Origin: Paraphysomonas bandaiensis
Taxonomy: Eukaryota > Protista > Chrysophyceae
Direction of reading: 5' to 3'
Length of the DNA stretch: 64,000 bases
Assembly: GCA_965644295.1 (NCBI GenBank)
Contig: CBFFRP010000423.1
Coordinates: 1 to 64,000 of the forward strand
Shown here in pieces: positions 40,973 to 53,250 of the stretch. The notes under the pieces were generated by a model. The model had not been told where the DNA came from and ran no database searches. It saw only the letters and a list, made by a program, of their open reading frames with translations. The position numbers and the translations under genes were made by a program. Position 1 is the first letter of the stretch; each line of letters opens with the position of its first letter.

Positions 40973-41826
40973 ATGCATGTATATCTTGATATGTATGTAT
41001 GTGTATGTATGATACGATGACAAACAGTTTCAATTAATAGAAACTGAATATATAGTCAATTAATTTACCCTTCTGATGGATCTTAATCAGTGGAGTACAT
41101 GGAAGAATATATGAAGGGTATGGTTTGATTGATATGTTAGTGTGTCACTGTGTTAATGTATGTATAGATATGTATGTGTATGTATGTGTATGTAGAGAGA
41201 GACACGACTGGTACTATACAGCAGTATGTTGTAGTATAACAGATATCTAGATATCCCGTATTTTATGATTACTAATTTACTAGAAAAACATATATTTCTA
41301 TTAATTTTTTGTAAAACATATGATATTTTGTATATTTTTGGGGGGATTTTTTTAAAAAGTGGGAGATGTGGAGTGTTTTATGTATGGAATTTAGAGGTCG
41401 AGGTGCACTGGAGGGGACTGAAGGGATGGAAGGGAAATTTGTCAACCTCATATACAGTATCTGGGTATGTACATACAGCCAGTATATGTGTTTCCGGAGT
41501 ACGTACACTTCTATATCTAACTGTTACTACTCACAGTATACACGCTATGCTATAGTATGGTGTGTCTACCTACAGCAGTACATACACCATACATACATCT
41601 ACATACATATCTATACATACAAGTACATTCATACATACATACATACAGCAGATGGTTATATCTATCTACCCCTCCAGAAGAATCAATTCACCTCTATATG
41701 ACTCACTCTATCTAACCATCTCACACTCTATCATATCCTTCAAATTCATTGACTCACAATCACTGTATGAGTATTATATAAACCCATTCAACTGACTTAC
41801 ACATACATACATACATATATATATAC

Positions 41827-44800
41827 ATGTATTCAATACATATCTATATATCCCTTATTATTCCATATGTTATTGGATTAGGGTATTCTGAATGTATTCC
41901 TGGTGATAGAGAATATTGTTTTAATCGAGGATACTGTACAAGTGACGGTTCAAGATGTGAATGTGATGACTTCTTACATTTTTGGTCATCTGATCGTTGT
42001 TTATATAAACATAATGGAAGAGAACTACAATCTGATTGGATATGTTATCCTAATACAGTAGATTATTATTGTAATTGGTTAGGATATTGTAATGAAGATG
42101 GTTCTTCATGTATATGTTTTGATTCAGAGCATCGTTCATCTGATGATCAGTGTGCAACATGGTCACCAGCTGCACCATCTCCAGTCCCTCCACCAACTAT
42201 AAATATATGTGTCCCAGGAGATCGTTCTTACTGTAACAACCGTGGTTATTGTGATGATAATGGAGAAGCTTGTGTGTGTGATGATTACCTCCACTACTGG
42301 CCTTCTGAACGTTGCTCTACCCGCCACGATGGACGCGAATTATCCTCCAATCAATGTTGCTATCCGAATACCATAGATGTATACTGTGGATGGATGGGTG
42401 TATGTGACGCCACAGGATCCGGATGTCTATGTTTCGATGAAATGCATCGCTCCCCAAATGAGAGGTGCATGAACTGGCACGAAGACATTTCCCAAATACC
42501 TCCTTCTGCACTGGGATGTCATGCGCCAGAGCCGGTAGACCTACAGGTCACATCACATTGTGACACACCCTTGGAATTATATGTCGATACTGCTCTTGGA
42601 CCATATGGTTCAACTTGTGTAGATGTATCCGCCAGCTCAACGTTGCACACTGTCAATGCCACTCTCTATTATACAGAAGTCCATTCCGCCCTGGCGGCGG
42701 ATATGGAACTCACAGTTCGATCTAAATTCTTTCCCAAGAGTGTGGTAATTGGCGGCTGGGACTATGACGACAGAGTCGATGAGTTAGAGTGGCCTAACAG
42801 TTGGAATTCTATCAATCCTGGAGTTTTTAGGGCAGCTGTTGACGTATCTTCTTATGCTTTGGGTGGAAATGGATACTACGAGGTGTGCCTAATGAATAAA
42901 TACGAGAATTCTGAAGGTGCAACCTACAAAGGTACCATTGAGCTCATTGGACTAATTACAGAGTGTGGAGTAACGTACGCACCTACGGTCACACCTGCTA
43001 TATCATCGACCGCGGGTTGTGATGAAGCTATTGAAGTAGATTTCGATGTTACGCTGACTGCGAAGCAGACGCAGTGTTCGCCAACATTTACTGGTGTAGG
43101 GTCGTTGTTCGCGGTCAACATTGCGTTGGACTTTGTGTCGAGCGGGAGTGATTTTTTAGAATACGCCTCAGATTTGGAGTTAAAAATTATCAAGTCATCT
43201 ACAAGTGAACGCCTCGTCATTGGATACGATGCACGAGATATAAAAATTCACGATGATGATGATGGCAAAGATAATGATGGGGGTTCTGTGATTCATTCGA
43301 TTTCAATGGAAAAAGACGGAGTGATGGTAGATTTAATGTCAGCATCTCTGTGGTTATCACCCTCATCTGCCCTCACTACGCCAATGGTAGTAAATGAAGA
43401 ATCTTGTGATGGTGAATTATGCTCCATGTTTACATCGGATGGAACGTTCATTGGACGTGGAAGCGCGGGATCAAGCCAGTATTATCCCCGCCTTGTGGAA
43501 GGCCCCCTACATGCCCCAATTCATATCAGCGCAGCGTTTCTCAAAGACTATTCATGCGACGACCAGTTTATTTTCCTATCTACAAGTCCTGTAGGTGATA
43601 CATTTGCTTTTTCTACGCACGAAAATACGATCTCATTTACATGGGATTGTGAACACAAAATGCTCTATGGGCCCAGTGCAAGAAATGGCATATATTGCGG
43701 GGCGAATGGATACTATGAGCTAGAATTTGGCATAAATGAGTATGGTATAGCTTATTTCTACGATAATATTTGCGCAAATGTCACGGTCAATGTGAGCGAC
43801 CTCAGTGGACCATTTTATTTATTCATGGGTAGTGATAACGACAAGTATTCTGTGGTCGATGATGACGACATCGGTAATGGTGGAATCGACACAGATGACA
43901 ATGCCTTAAATTCGTACGACTATGAATGGCCACACAGTTGGACTACCTCTGACAACGGAGAGTATTCAGCATCCCTGTTGGTCAAGGAGGAGAGTTACTC
44001 TTCTGGAACTGACGAATATCAGGTATGCTTCAGCAACACTTGGGATGACGCAAAACATGCTGGATACAAAGGAAAAGTCAAGCTAATTGGAATCACCCCG
44101 TGTATAGGCAGCTCACCGTCTCCTACCCCAGGTGTTTGCATCCCTGGAAATAGGGCGTATTGTAACAACAACGGAGCCTGTGCACCCGGTGGAGATGGTT
44201 GTGACTGTGATGATCCACTTCACTACTGGGCCTCTGACAAATGCTCGACATGGCACAGGGGGAGATTGTTGCATGATGAGTCAGATTTTTGCTACCCCAA
44301 TACAATTGATTACTACTGCAGCTGGCTAGGTCGTTGTAGTGCGGATGGTAGTACTTGTGAGTGCTTTGATTCAGACCACCGGTCGTCATCTGACCGTTGC
44401 GACTCGTGGTCTCCAGAGCCTGTTGCCCCCGAAGCGACTCCAGATTTGACTTGTGTGCCAAATGATCGCTATTACTGCAACAACCGTGGCAGCTGCTCAT
44501 TAGCAGGAACTGGCTGTGTCTGCGATGATCCTGGGCACTATTGGCCGTCCGAGAGGTGCTCAACGTTTCACTGGGGTGGAGAGCTTGCGGACGACCAATG
44601 CTGCACCCCAGGTGAATCGGACTACTATTGCAATTGGATGGGAACCTGTGACGAGGAAGGAATGATGTGTATCTGCTTCGATCCAGAGCATCGATTGTCG
44701 TCTGAACGTTGTCAGTTCTACCACAAGAGCATTTCGAATTCTACAGTGTCTAGTACGATTTCTTCTTCATGTCCAGAGCAAGTGACAGTACCCGAAGAAG

Positions 44801-45165
44801 AATCTTCTGCTCACGGGGATAGTAGCTCTACTAGTGGTGTCATTACCGGGTGGGTAGCTGGGACAGTCGTCGGAGCGGTTTTACTGGGCGTTATGGTAGT
44901 TGTTATTGTTGCAGCTCGACACCGCCGCAAACAGTCTGATGATGCTGACAATGCGGATAATTTAAAGAGTATAACTGCTCTTGCGGACACTCGGATCACT
45001 CAATTTGAGGTTGTGAATCCAGGTCCAACGACAGAGGATCTACAGTTGAATCGCGGAAGCCGTGTGTCATTGCGCGCACGGTTGTCTGAAGCCTTGACTG
45101 GTTATGGAGAAGTGGATGATTCGGACGCAATAGTGGAAAATTCTGATGTTACAGCGTCGTTGTAG
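41827..45165 (+). CDS. 1112-aa Cys-rich type-I membrane protein with four EGF-like double modules
   Basis: Intronless ORF with a signal peptide and four copies of C[IV]P[GN][DN]R.YC.N.G.C...G..C.CDD..H[YF]W.S.[RK]C...H.G..L...C.P...D.YC.W.G.C...G..C.CFD..HR. TM helix WVAGTVVGAVLLGVMVVVIVAA followed by RHRRK. Confidence 0.85.
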   Translation: MYSIHIYISLIIPYVIGLGYSECIPGDREYCFNRGYCTSDGSRCECDDFLHFWSSDRCLYKHNGRELQSDWICYPNTVDYYCNWLGYCNEDGSSCICFDSEHRSSDDQCATWSPAAPSPVPPPTINICVPGDRSYCNNRGYCDDNGEACVCDDYLHYWPSERCSTRHDGRELSSNQCCYPNTIDVYCGWMGVCDATGSGCLCFDEMHRSPNERCMNWHEDISQIPPSALGCHAPEPVDLQVTSHCDTPLELYVDTALGPYGSTCVDVSASSTLHTVNATLYYTEVHSALAADMELTVRSKFFPKSVVIGGWDYDDRVDELEWPNSWNSINPGVFRAAVDVSSYALGGNGYYEVCLMNKYENSEGATYKGTIELIGLITECGVTYAPTVTPAISSTAGCDEAIEVDFDVTLTAKQTQCSPTFTGVGSLFAVNIALDFVSSGSDFLEYASDLELKIIKSSTSERLVIGYDARDIKIHDDDDGKDNDGGSVIHSISMEKDGVMVDLMSASLWLSPSSALTTPMVVNEESCDGELCSMFTSDGTFIGRGSAGSSQYYPRLVEGPLHAPIHISAAFLKDYSCDDQFIFLSTSPVGDTFAFSTHENTISFTWDCEHKMLYGPSARNGIYCGANGYYELEFGINEYGIAYFYDNICANVTVNVSDLSGPFYLFMGSDNDKYSVVDDDDIGNGGIDTDDNALNSYDYEWPHSWTTSDNGEYSASLLVKEESYSSGTDEYQVCFSNTWDDAKHAGYKGKVKLIGITPCIGSSPSPTPGVCIPGNRAYCNNNGACAPGGDGCDCDDPLHYWASDKCSTWHRGRLLHDESDFCYPNTIDYYCSWLGRCSADGSTCECFDSDHRSSSDRCDSWSPEPVAPEATPDLTCVPNDRYYCNNRGSCSLAGTGCVCDDPGHYWPSERCSTFHWGGELADDQCCTPGESDYYCNWMGTCDEEGMMCICFDPEHRLSSERCQFYHKSISNSTVSSTISSSCPEQVTVPEEESSAHGDSSSTSGVITGWVAGTVVGAVLLGVMVVVIVAARHRRKQSDDADNADNLKSITALADTRITQFEVVNPGPTTEDLQLNRGSRVSLRARLSEALTGYGEVDDSDAIVENSDVTASL

Positions 45166-45949
45166 AAATGTTAAGCGGCGTTGTATGCTCCGGGTATCAG
45201 TAAGACCAAATGCTAGAGTATAAAGCGAATACACTTGTGTGGTTTAATAAGACCGCTGTTGTGAGTGTTTGATACCCACTGTTGGGTAGTGAAGTGCAAT
45301 ACAAATAATAATTATCTGATTTTTCTTCTCACATGTCTTCCGCGATAATACAGTCTCTACATGCCATATCCTTGTAAAGTTCTAATATAAAATTCTATAC
45401 TCAGAATGTTAAATTGTACTTGTAATATCACAATACTGACTGAACTATGTTAGGAGACATATAGTGTAATTGTGATGTAGCACCGTGGCTGTGGAAACAC
45501 ATCGATCACAAACACCAATATATTATCCTAAATATATATATGTAAACTAATGCGTTTCCTAATACGCTCTATTTGTTCGAGACACAAATAACGACGACCC
45601 TAAACCCTAGGGGGTACTTCCCAGACTTGTGTAACTGTTGGAAATTGGTCATTCTTAACTAGATCTCAGAGAGAATTTGTCGTTAGACTAGATAGATTAC
45701 ACGAGTTGTGACAAACAACACAATCTCATTTTGTTCCACGCTTAAACTCCTACATTTCTACATATATATGTTAACCTTGAAAGATCAAACTATTTCCGTT
45801 TCTCAATATCATCACAGCATTTGCACATCACCATATTTCACTGTTTTTTCGTACATTGTCTTCAAGTGACACTCTGACTATCTGACTATACTAGAATATA
45901 AGTCATATTCTAATAGTAACAGTTAATTGGTTTACATGTGAAAGTATAT

Positions 45950-46140
45950 GAAAGTCTTATTATTAGCAGTAGGTGTCAAGAACCGACACCAAAGAAGTAG
46001 TTAGATGAACACTAGTCAAGCTAGACCGACCTCTACCTGTAACAACTAACTAGCATAAATTCTCATATCCTACTATTTAACGCTACAGAACAAGCTGCTT
46101 GTACGTCGCCGAAAGCACCAAGGTGCAACCACTTCCGTCC
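45950..46140 (-). mobile_element. Solo 3' tail of the LINE/SINE family
   Basis: GAAAGTCTTATTATTAGCAGTAGG...AAGCTGCTTGT...CACCAAGGTGCAACCACTTCC matches 35717-35900. Shorter pieces occur at ~21915-21990 and ~46762-46802. Confidence 0.75.
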
Positions 46141-48101
46141 TTGAGTGTGAGGAATAATCTGCGGACATTAGTTTAAAATATTCAATCTGTCACCGATTAA
46201 TTACCACTTGATTAATATTAATTGGCTGGCGCAGATTGCACGGATGCGCTTATTTTGTATGTGTCACGTGCCTTCAGACGAAGGTGAATTCGATGAAGAG
46301 AGAAAGCACTCACCAAACTGCCGACATGATATAGTTGCATGAAGCATTGTGTCTTGTGGGTTGGGAGAGGTTGTTAATGTTGTCAAGACTGCTTTTCGCC
46401 AGCGAATTACACCTAGACACCTGGATATGTTGATGCTTCTGCGTTCTAATAGGCATCTTTGATATGACGTTAATCAAAAATGTTACAGAAGTGAAGGCGA
46501 TTAAATGATTCTTGTACACTGTAGTACAAGATTCTACCTTTGAAAGTGTTAGAAAATAAAAACTAGAAATTGAATTCTAAGCGCCCATCTGCATTACATA
46601 TCGGCTTTGTAATCATTAAAACAAGAAATTGTCCTCTATTGTTGTTCAGATAAGGCTTCATAAATGCTGTACATTTCTATCAAATACATTATTTCAGGTA
46701 ATTGATTAAATAATAATTGCGTTTCAACAGAGAATTCAATGCATTCTATCTTTAGCGGGCCCTAGGTTTTAACGCCTATTCCTAAATAATAAGACTTTCA
46801 ATACATTATGTTAGTGGGCCACTATGTGAACTCACAAGATTATTGAGGAATTTTTCGTTATAGTACTCTTACTAATACTGGCTTATGTTCACAACAGTGA
46901 CGGAATATGATACGATACCACTATATATAGACGCTGCATATGCAAGCGTTCAGCAGTCCGTGCATGGAGTCTAGGAGTCAGTCCACCTTTTGTATACCTA
47001 CCCTGTATATTCATAGCTATACACTATACACACAAGTATACCATATACCAGCACACAGAGCAGCAGTGCACTATCAGGGTATTCCTTATAGATTTAGTAA
47101 CACGTTTTCAGTAACATTTGTTACTGGAAAACCCCGAAATCTCACCCTTATAGATTTCCAGTAACAATCGGTCCATGTTACTGGAAATACGAGAATCGTT
47201 GCAGTAACACCAGTAAATGATATGATATGATATTACCATTAAAGTTGATATAGTGTCACATGCAAACATTAGTATCAAAGTTGACGATGTGGAAGATGTT
47301 AAAAATGTTGTTGATGAGGCTGGTGGCACTCAAACCGCTCCAGAAAATCAAGTTCAGCTCTGCTAAAATTCTGGAAAGAGAAGGATTTCGCCAAATTTCG
47401 TGATACTGTTGGTACAGGCGATGAAGGCATCGATGATTTGAAGAATATTATTGAAATAGATGGTATGAAGTTGTTGCTGTAGATGTAATATGTGGAATGA
47501 TGGCTACACAGAAATCAGTTTAGCAGCAACCAATTTCTTTTGTGTTCTTGCTGGTGAGATCGTTCCATGAAACGGTGTGAGTAAATTAGATTAGGAGAGA
47601 GAGTATGCAATCAAATATATGTTTTGGGTGCGAGGTATTGGACAAGCTGAAGAGCATGTACAAGACATCTTGCGCAACTTTCCGCACAATAAATTACCGA
47701 CTGAGTTCTAGCGATAAGTTGAATGCCTTTCGAATCCGTACTACACTGCTGAATGGGCCAAGAAGAAGGATCCCACTAATCTGCGTGAAACAATAGCTAC
47801 CAGTTTAATGTTATATGTGTTACTGTGATATAAAGTGCACTTTCTAAGGTTTAAGCCGCTATGGATTGAACCCCATATTGTAGGACTATCCTACTATATA
47901 CTATATCAGGGCTGGATAGTCCTACAATATGCTTCCTATCTTAATACCTCCCATACATAAGGAAGCAAATATCAGGACTGCTTCATGACATGGGTGTTAA
48001 TCGATTGCATAGATGAAACATATCAATGATACTGCCACGATTGGCTTGTAAACCATAAGGCTGTGGCAATGGAGGAGTAACTTCCACATCCATTGCAGCC
48101 T

Positions 48102-48431
48102 CTACATCTGTAAAGTCATAATTAAGGCTCTCCCAGTATCAGCAGTAGAATTACCGCATTCGGTACGCAATCTATCATATTCCAAGAGCATACTATGTAG
48201 AATACAAGCAGTGCGAAAGGCATCTTGAATAACTTGGGCAGAATGATAACGCATACCATTCCAATAGCATCTGCCCCCAAACTGACTCATAGTAATTAGG
48301 TCTTGGTTTAATTCTTCTTGTGCTCTTCGTATTGACAAACAATCCGATGTTATCATTGACAATCTCTCAGCCACGTATTTCATCTCCTGCCTGAGTTGAA
48401 ACTCTTCCTCAGAGAGAACTTCAAAGTCCAT
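48102..48431 (-). CDS. Hypothetical 109-aa protein
   Basis: ATG-started ORF with coiled-coil-like composition and no recognisable motif. Confidence 0.3.
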   Translation of the reverse strand: MDFEVLSEEEFQLRQEMKYVAERLSMITSDCLSIRRAQEELNQDLITMSQFGGRCYWNGMRYHSAQVIQDAFRTACILHSMLLEYDRLRTECGNSTADTGRALIMTLQM

Positions 48432-49063
48432 ATTGTCAATGACAAACTCTATATCAACAGACTTATCGGGGGTTTTGTATACAGTATAGAACTACTGTAT
48501 GTGTAGTACTTTGTATACTATATTTCCCAAATATATAAATTTCCCAGAAATTTTATGCAAATAAACTCTAATAAAAACAGGATTTTTCTAATAAAAACAG
48601 GATTTTTATTGTAGTGACCATAAATATATGGGACAAAAGAATTCATGACACAGATAAAAAAGAACATTCTGATGAATTCATTTTCATGGACCTGATTTGT
48701 TTACCCTAACCTGATATCCCTATTTTATAGAGTTTAAAACTACTATTTTCGGATTTTTGGATTCTGAGTGACCTTAAAAACATGGATATTATGACAAAAA
48801 GAATACAATCCACTCTAAAAAGAACAAAGAAGAGTATTACGATGCAATGAAGTGAAAAGAATCTGCACTTCATGTCCCTTATATATGAATATCTCTATAT
48901 GATAAATCTTATATATAATATTCGAAATTATTATGACGTAACTTTCTTATAGATTCAATTATTAACGTAAGATTCTATAGTTAAGAGATTCCATATAAGC
49001 TTATATACATATCATCATTAAGTACATAACATATACAAGCATTACAATCTTATAGATATAATA

Positions 49064-49996
49064 ATGGGAAAGAATGAAGGAAATTTCATTGGTGATTTTC
49101 TTGCTGGTGGTATGGCTGGTGCTATAGCTAAAACATGTACAGCCCCAATTGAACGTGTGAAATTAATTATGCAAACACAAGAAGCTAATCCACGTATTAT
49201 ATCTGGTGAAGTACCACGATATAAATCAATACCTGATTGTTTTATACGAGTATATAAAGAACAAGGATTAAGAGCCTTTTGGGCTGGTAATGGCGTTAAT
49301 ATTATTCGCTATTTCCCTACACAAGCATTTAATTTTGCTTTTAAAGACTCTATTAAAGGAATGTTTCCATCTTATGATGCATCTGTAAATTTTTGGCGAT
49401 ATTTTGCTGTTAATGTTGCATCTGGTGGATTAGCTGGAGCAGGATCACTCTGTTGTGTATATCCATTAGAGTATGCTCGAACTAGAATTGGATCTGATGT
49501 TGGGAAGGGAAAGAAGCAGTTCAATGGTCTCTTAGATTGTATAGTTAAGACAGCTAAAGGCCCCAAAGGAGTACTTTCTTTATATAACGGATTTACAGTT
49601 TCAGTTATTGGAATTATCCCTTTTCGTGGAGCGTACTTTGGGGTTAATGATACCCTAAATGGAATTAATCCCTACCAACAAGAATCTACTCTACGTGGTA
49701 TTGCGTCTAAGTGGGTTTGTGCCCAAACGGCAGCTCTTGTTGCCGCTTATGTATCATACCCTCTTGATACCGTTCGTCGACGTCTACAGATGCAGTCCGA
49801 AAGACCAAGGGCTGAATGGAAGTACAGCGGACCAGTTGACTGCATAAAAACTATAGTCAAGGACGAAGGAAGCATGGCACTTTTCAAGGGTGCTGGAGCT
49901 AATGCCATTCGGTCAGTAGGGTCTGCTCTTGTACTTGTACTATATGGAGAAATAAAAGACATGCTGTCTGGTAGTAATGAAGATGAAGCAGCGTAA
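49064..49996 (+). CDS. AAC: Mitochondrial ADP/ATP carrier (intronless)
   Basis: AKTCTAPIERVKL, NIIRYFPTQAFNFAFKD, YPLEYARTR and YPLDTVRRRLQMQ. Confidence 0.95.
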   Translation: MGKNEGNFIGDFLAGGMAGAIAKTCTAPIERVKLIMQTQEANPRIISGEVPRYKSIPDCFIRVYKEQGLRAFWAGNGVNIIRYFPTQAFNFAFKDSIKGMFPSYDASVNFWRYFAVNVASGGLAGAGSLCCVYPLEYARTRIGSDVGKGKKQFNGLLDCIVKTAKGPKGVLSLYNGFTVSVIGIIPFRGAYFGVNDTLNGINPYQQESTLRGIASKWVCAQTAALVAAYVSYPLDTVRRRLQMQSERPRAEWKYSGPVDCIKTIVKDEGSMALFKGAGANAIRSVGSALVLVLYGEIKDMLSGSNEDEAA

Positions 49997-50208
49997 ATAT
50001 CACAAGAGTGAGCTTGAATAATGTAGATATCAGATAGATCGACTGCAATATCAGGGTCATTTTGCGACATAGTGTCGGATATTGATTGACGGCGTTTATT
50101 TTCTAATTTTCTTGAAATTTATTAAATAGATGCGATTAACTAAAGTTTTATTATCGGAAGCTGCTACTTTATGTATTTGATTTTCTCTGTTATTATAGAA
50201 CACAAAAC

Positions 50209-51009
50209 CAGGGATAGGGAGCAATATATTGTATTGCAATACATTGTACATATATTGCAATATAATGTAAAATATATTGATTGGTGGACTGGTCAAATAT
50301 TCCAACAATAGTGTTTCTGTTAAGAGAGCTCACAATACTATTGCAATATATTGCAATCAATATTATGATAGTCATAGAAGAGAAGATTCTCAACTGTAGG
50401 GTGCAAAATGGATATAAATAACCGAGAAATTGACTACAACATTACAAAGGATAATGAAGCTGATGTTGACTATGCGATTAAAAATCTTCAGTCAGCTCAA
50501 AAAATTAAGAAACGTACAGATCCACGAGTCATTAACGGTTGCCTGGCCCTGCTATGTACTTCCAATACATGGGAACGTCTGTTCAGCACAGCTAAACATA
50601 TTATATCAGTGTTGCCAAAAGTATCCATCCTACTTAATATACTGTTGTTTCTGAAAGCTATTCGACAGCTATGACCGGATACTAGCACTTTTCAATTAAT
50701 TCTGTGGATGAATATGGCGATGTTGACCTCACCGATGATGGCTCAGAGGATGAGGACGAGGTGGATTTTTAGTAGCTATAAGCAGCAGTTGGTTTGGTTG
50801 TCATGTGATCTTAATGACTAATACTAAAAATGAAATCTACGGATGTGTTTACCAACTGATTGCTTAGTCATACTAATATATTGCAATACGTTGACAATAT
50901 ATTGCAGTATATTGTAATTGTATTGTAGGACCGGTTTAAAAAATCCATCAATACTATTGATGGAACGCTATCTAACAATAGTATTGCAATATATTGTTCC
51001 CTATCCCTG
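50209..51009 (+). mobile_element. Internally deleted hAT element (801 bp)
   Basis: TIRs CAGGGATAGGGAGCAATATATTG and CAATATATTGTTCCCTATCCCTG. Flanks CACAAAAC and CACAACAC form an 8-bp TSD with a 7/8 match. ORF 50408-50674 has TSNTWERLFSTAK...LLFLK (hAT dimerisation domain). TATTGCAATA subterminal repeats. Confidence 0.9.
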
Positions 51010-51327
51010 CACAACACTACACTTGTTAAAACTTATGGAGAAAGCTTTATAATTTTAAATTGTATACTTCGATACAAACCAATGTCTGAATCATTATGCT
51101 TTTATGACTTTAAATAATGTTTTCGGCTGTGAAAGCTACGATGGGTGAGACTGCGTCAGTCATTGAATAGAAATCAGTGAAAATATATTACAATGTTAAG
51201 GCAACGTCTTGCATCAGAGAAGAATCGGAACGAAAAAGCTACAAAAAGTTTAGCACTGAAAGTACACATAGTGCGTTTGTCTCAAGAAAAGATCTAACAA
51301 TCGATACGCCTTCTAAGTCAGCAGGTG

Positions 51328-52857
51328 TTAGCAGAAAGTAATATTTGCTGCCAGCCCACCCAACGAAGTTTCCTTATACGTATCCCGCATATCTTGTCCA
51401 GTATGCCACATTGTCTTAATCACTGTGTCGAGACCCACAACATGATTACCAGTTCCTCGTAAGGCAAGATGAGCAACAGTTACAGCACGAGATGCGCCAA
51501 GCCCATTCCTTTCTATACATGGGATTTGTACTAGTCCATCGATCGGGTCACAAGTGAGACCGAGACTGTGTTCCATTCCAATCTCAGCAGCGTTCTCAAT
51601 TTGCTCATTACTGCCTCCAAGAGCTGCCGTTAAACCTGCCGCCGCCATTGAAGTGGCAACACCAACTTCTCCTTGGCACCCTACCTCTGCACCGCTAATG
51701 CTAGCTCCATCTTTAAAGAGCATACCTATGAGTGATGCTGTCAACAGAAATTTGCGAATTCCTTCCTCATTGGAATCTGGAAAGAATTGTGTGTAATATT
51801 TGATTACTGCCGGAATTATTCCAGCCGCTCCGTTTGTTGGAGCGGTGACTACCCGTCCACCCGCTGCATTCTCCTCACTCACTGCAAGAGCCCACCCAAC
51901 TACATAATCATGATGGTTAACAGGGAGGTACGGCGTAGAACTGGTAGTATTGTCCTGCAAAGAGCGTAATATAGCAGCTGATCTCCGCTTCACGCCCCGC
52001 CTCTCATCTAATACACCACTTAATGTTGTGCCACGTTCGATACATGTAGACATCGTGTTCCATATTACTCCTAAATAACGCTCTATTTCATCCTTGGAAC
52101 GCCATGAGAGTTCGTTTCTCATTGCCAATTCCGCCACAGATATGTCGTCAGCTCTGCACATTGCTAACATGTCGGCAGCACTCTTAAATGGGTATGGACA
52201 TTTTCTTGAATCATCAACGATTGATCCATCAACTGATTGAAGGGCATTATTCTTTGTCATGCCTGCGAGGTCAACGAAAAATCCCCCGCCAATGCTATAA
52301 TATGTGTCTTGGTAGTAGACCTCCTCATTTATATCATAAGCGACAAAAGTCATGCCATTTGAATGATGCGGAAGGACCTTATCACGGTGAATATGAATAT
52401 TATGAACTGGATCAAACGGTATCAGGTTATGTCCATTCAATTGTAAAGCACGATTCGATCGGATGGATTCAATTTTATGAGGTATGCTATCAATATTAAC
52501 TGTATCTGGAAGTTCACCTGTTAAACCAAGCTGTATAGCTTTGAATGTATTATGTCCGAAGCCTGTTAGAGCAAGTGAACCATACACATGAGCTTCTAAT
52601 CGTTTAATTCTAACATGTGATTTTAATATTTTATCATTCAGTAATTGAGCAAATTTCTGAGCTGCTCTCATTGGACCTAATGGATAATTAGAGACATTTC
52701 TATATGTAATTATATGTATGTTACCTACTGTATGAGATGAGGAGGGGCCGATACCAATAGAGTACATGTCAAAGCATGATATAGCTGCACTTGGACTATT
52801 GCTTCTCATACGATAATAAATATGAAATGATTTGATTGATATATGTCGATATTTCAT
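51328..52857 (-). CDS. sdaA: Iron-sulfur-dependent L-serine ammonia-lyase, single-chain SdaA type, 1 in-frame intron
   Basis: [11 protein letters not shown]|GPMRAA across intron 52677-52724, [57 protein letters not shown] and [10 protein letters not shown]. The start may be at 52809. Confidence 0.93.
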   Translation of the reverse strand: MKYRHISIKSFHIYYRMRSNSPSAAISCFDMYSIGIGPSSSHTVGNIHIITYRNVSNYPLGPMRAAQKFAQLLNDKILKSHVRIKRLEAHVYGSLALTGFGHNTFKAIQLGLTGELPDTVNIDSIPHKIESIRSNRALQLNGHNLIPFDPVHNIHIHRDKVLPHHSNGMTFVAYDINEEVYYQDTYYSIGGGFFVDLAGMTKNNALQSVDGSIVDDSRKCPYPFKSAADMLAMCRADDISVAELAMRNELSWRSKDEIERYLGVIWNTMSTCIERGTTLSGVLDERRGVKRRSAAILRSLQDNTTSSTPYLPVNHHDYVVGWALAVSEENAAGGRVVTAPTNGAAGIIPAVIKYYTQFFPDSNEEGIRKFLLTASLIGMLFKDGASISGAEVGCQGEVGVATSMAAAGLTAALGGSNEQIENAAEIGMEHSLGLTCDPIDGLVQIPCIERNGLGASRAVTVAHLALRGTGNHVVGLDTVIKTMWHTGQDMRDTYKETSLGGLAANITFC

Positions 52858-52945
52858 GAGTATATGAGTATGATTGATAGTGATATATGAATAGGATGAT
52901 ATTAATCTTACTGTGAGATCATATCAACAGCTGTGTACATATGAA

Positions 52946-53250
52946 CGTATCGGCAGTGAGCATCATATTTTTCGGAAAATAATTGAAGCAAATATACTCT
53001 ACATTTCTGCAATACAAATACGGCTAGTATACAGATAATTGTTGTCTCAATATTAGAGGCATCTTGGAACAAAAATATACAAACGAAGCACTTGTATGAT
53101 ATGGATGTTGCTATGTACTGCTAGCATCTTATTTTTCGGAAATAAATTGAAGTAAATATCTTCTATATTAATGCAGTATAACTACGGCTGAAATCGTTGT
53201 CTCAATATTAGAGGCATCTTGGAACAGAAATATACAAAGAATGCCGATAG
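52946..53250 (+). mobile_element. Two adjacent MITE-like copies (4 and 5)
   Basis: ~52946-53088 begins CGTATCGGCA and ~53123-53250 ends ATGCCGATA. Both carry the family core. Confidence 0.8.

Noticed and set aside
45598-45610. CCCTAAACCCTA telomere-like motif
   Set aside because: Under two units long, too short to call an interstitial telomere.
48568-48607. 20-bp direct repeat CTAATAAAAACAGGATTTTT x2
   Set aside because: A simple local slippage duplication with no further structure.
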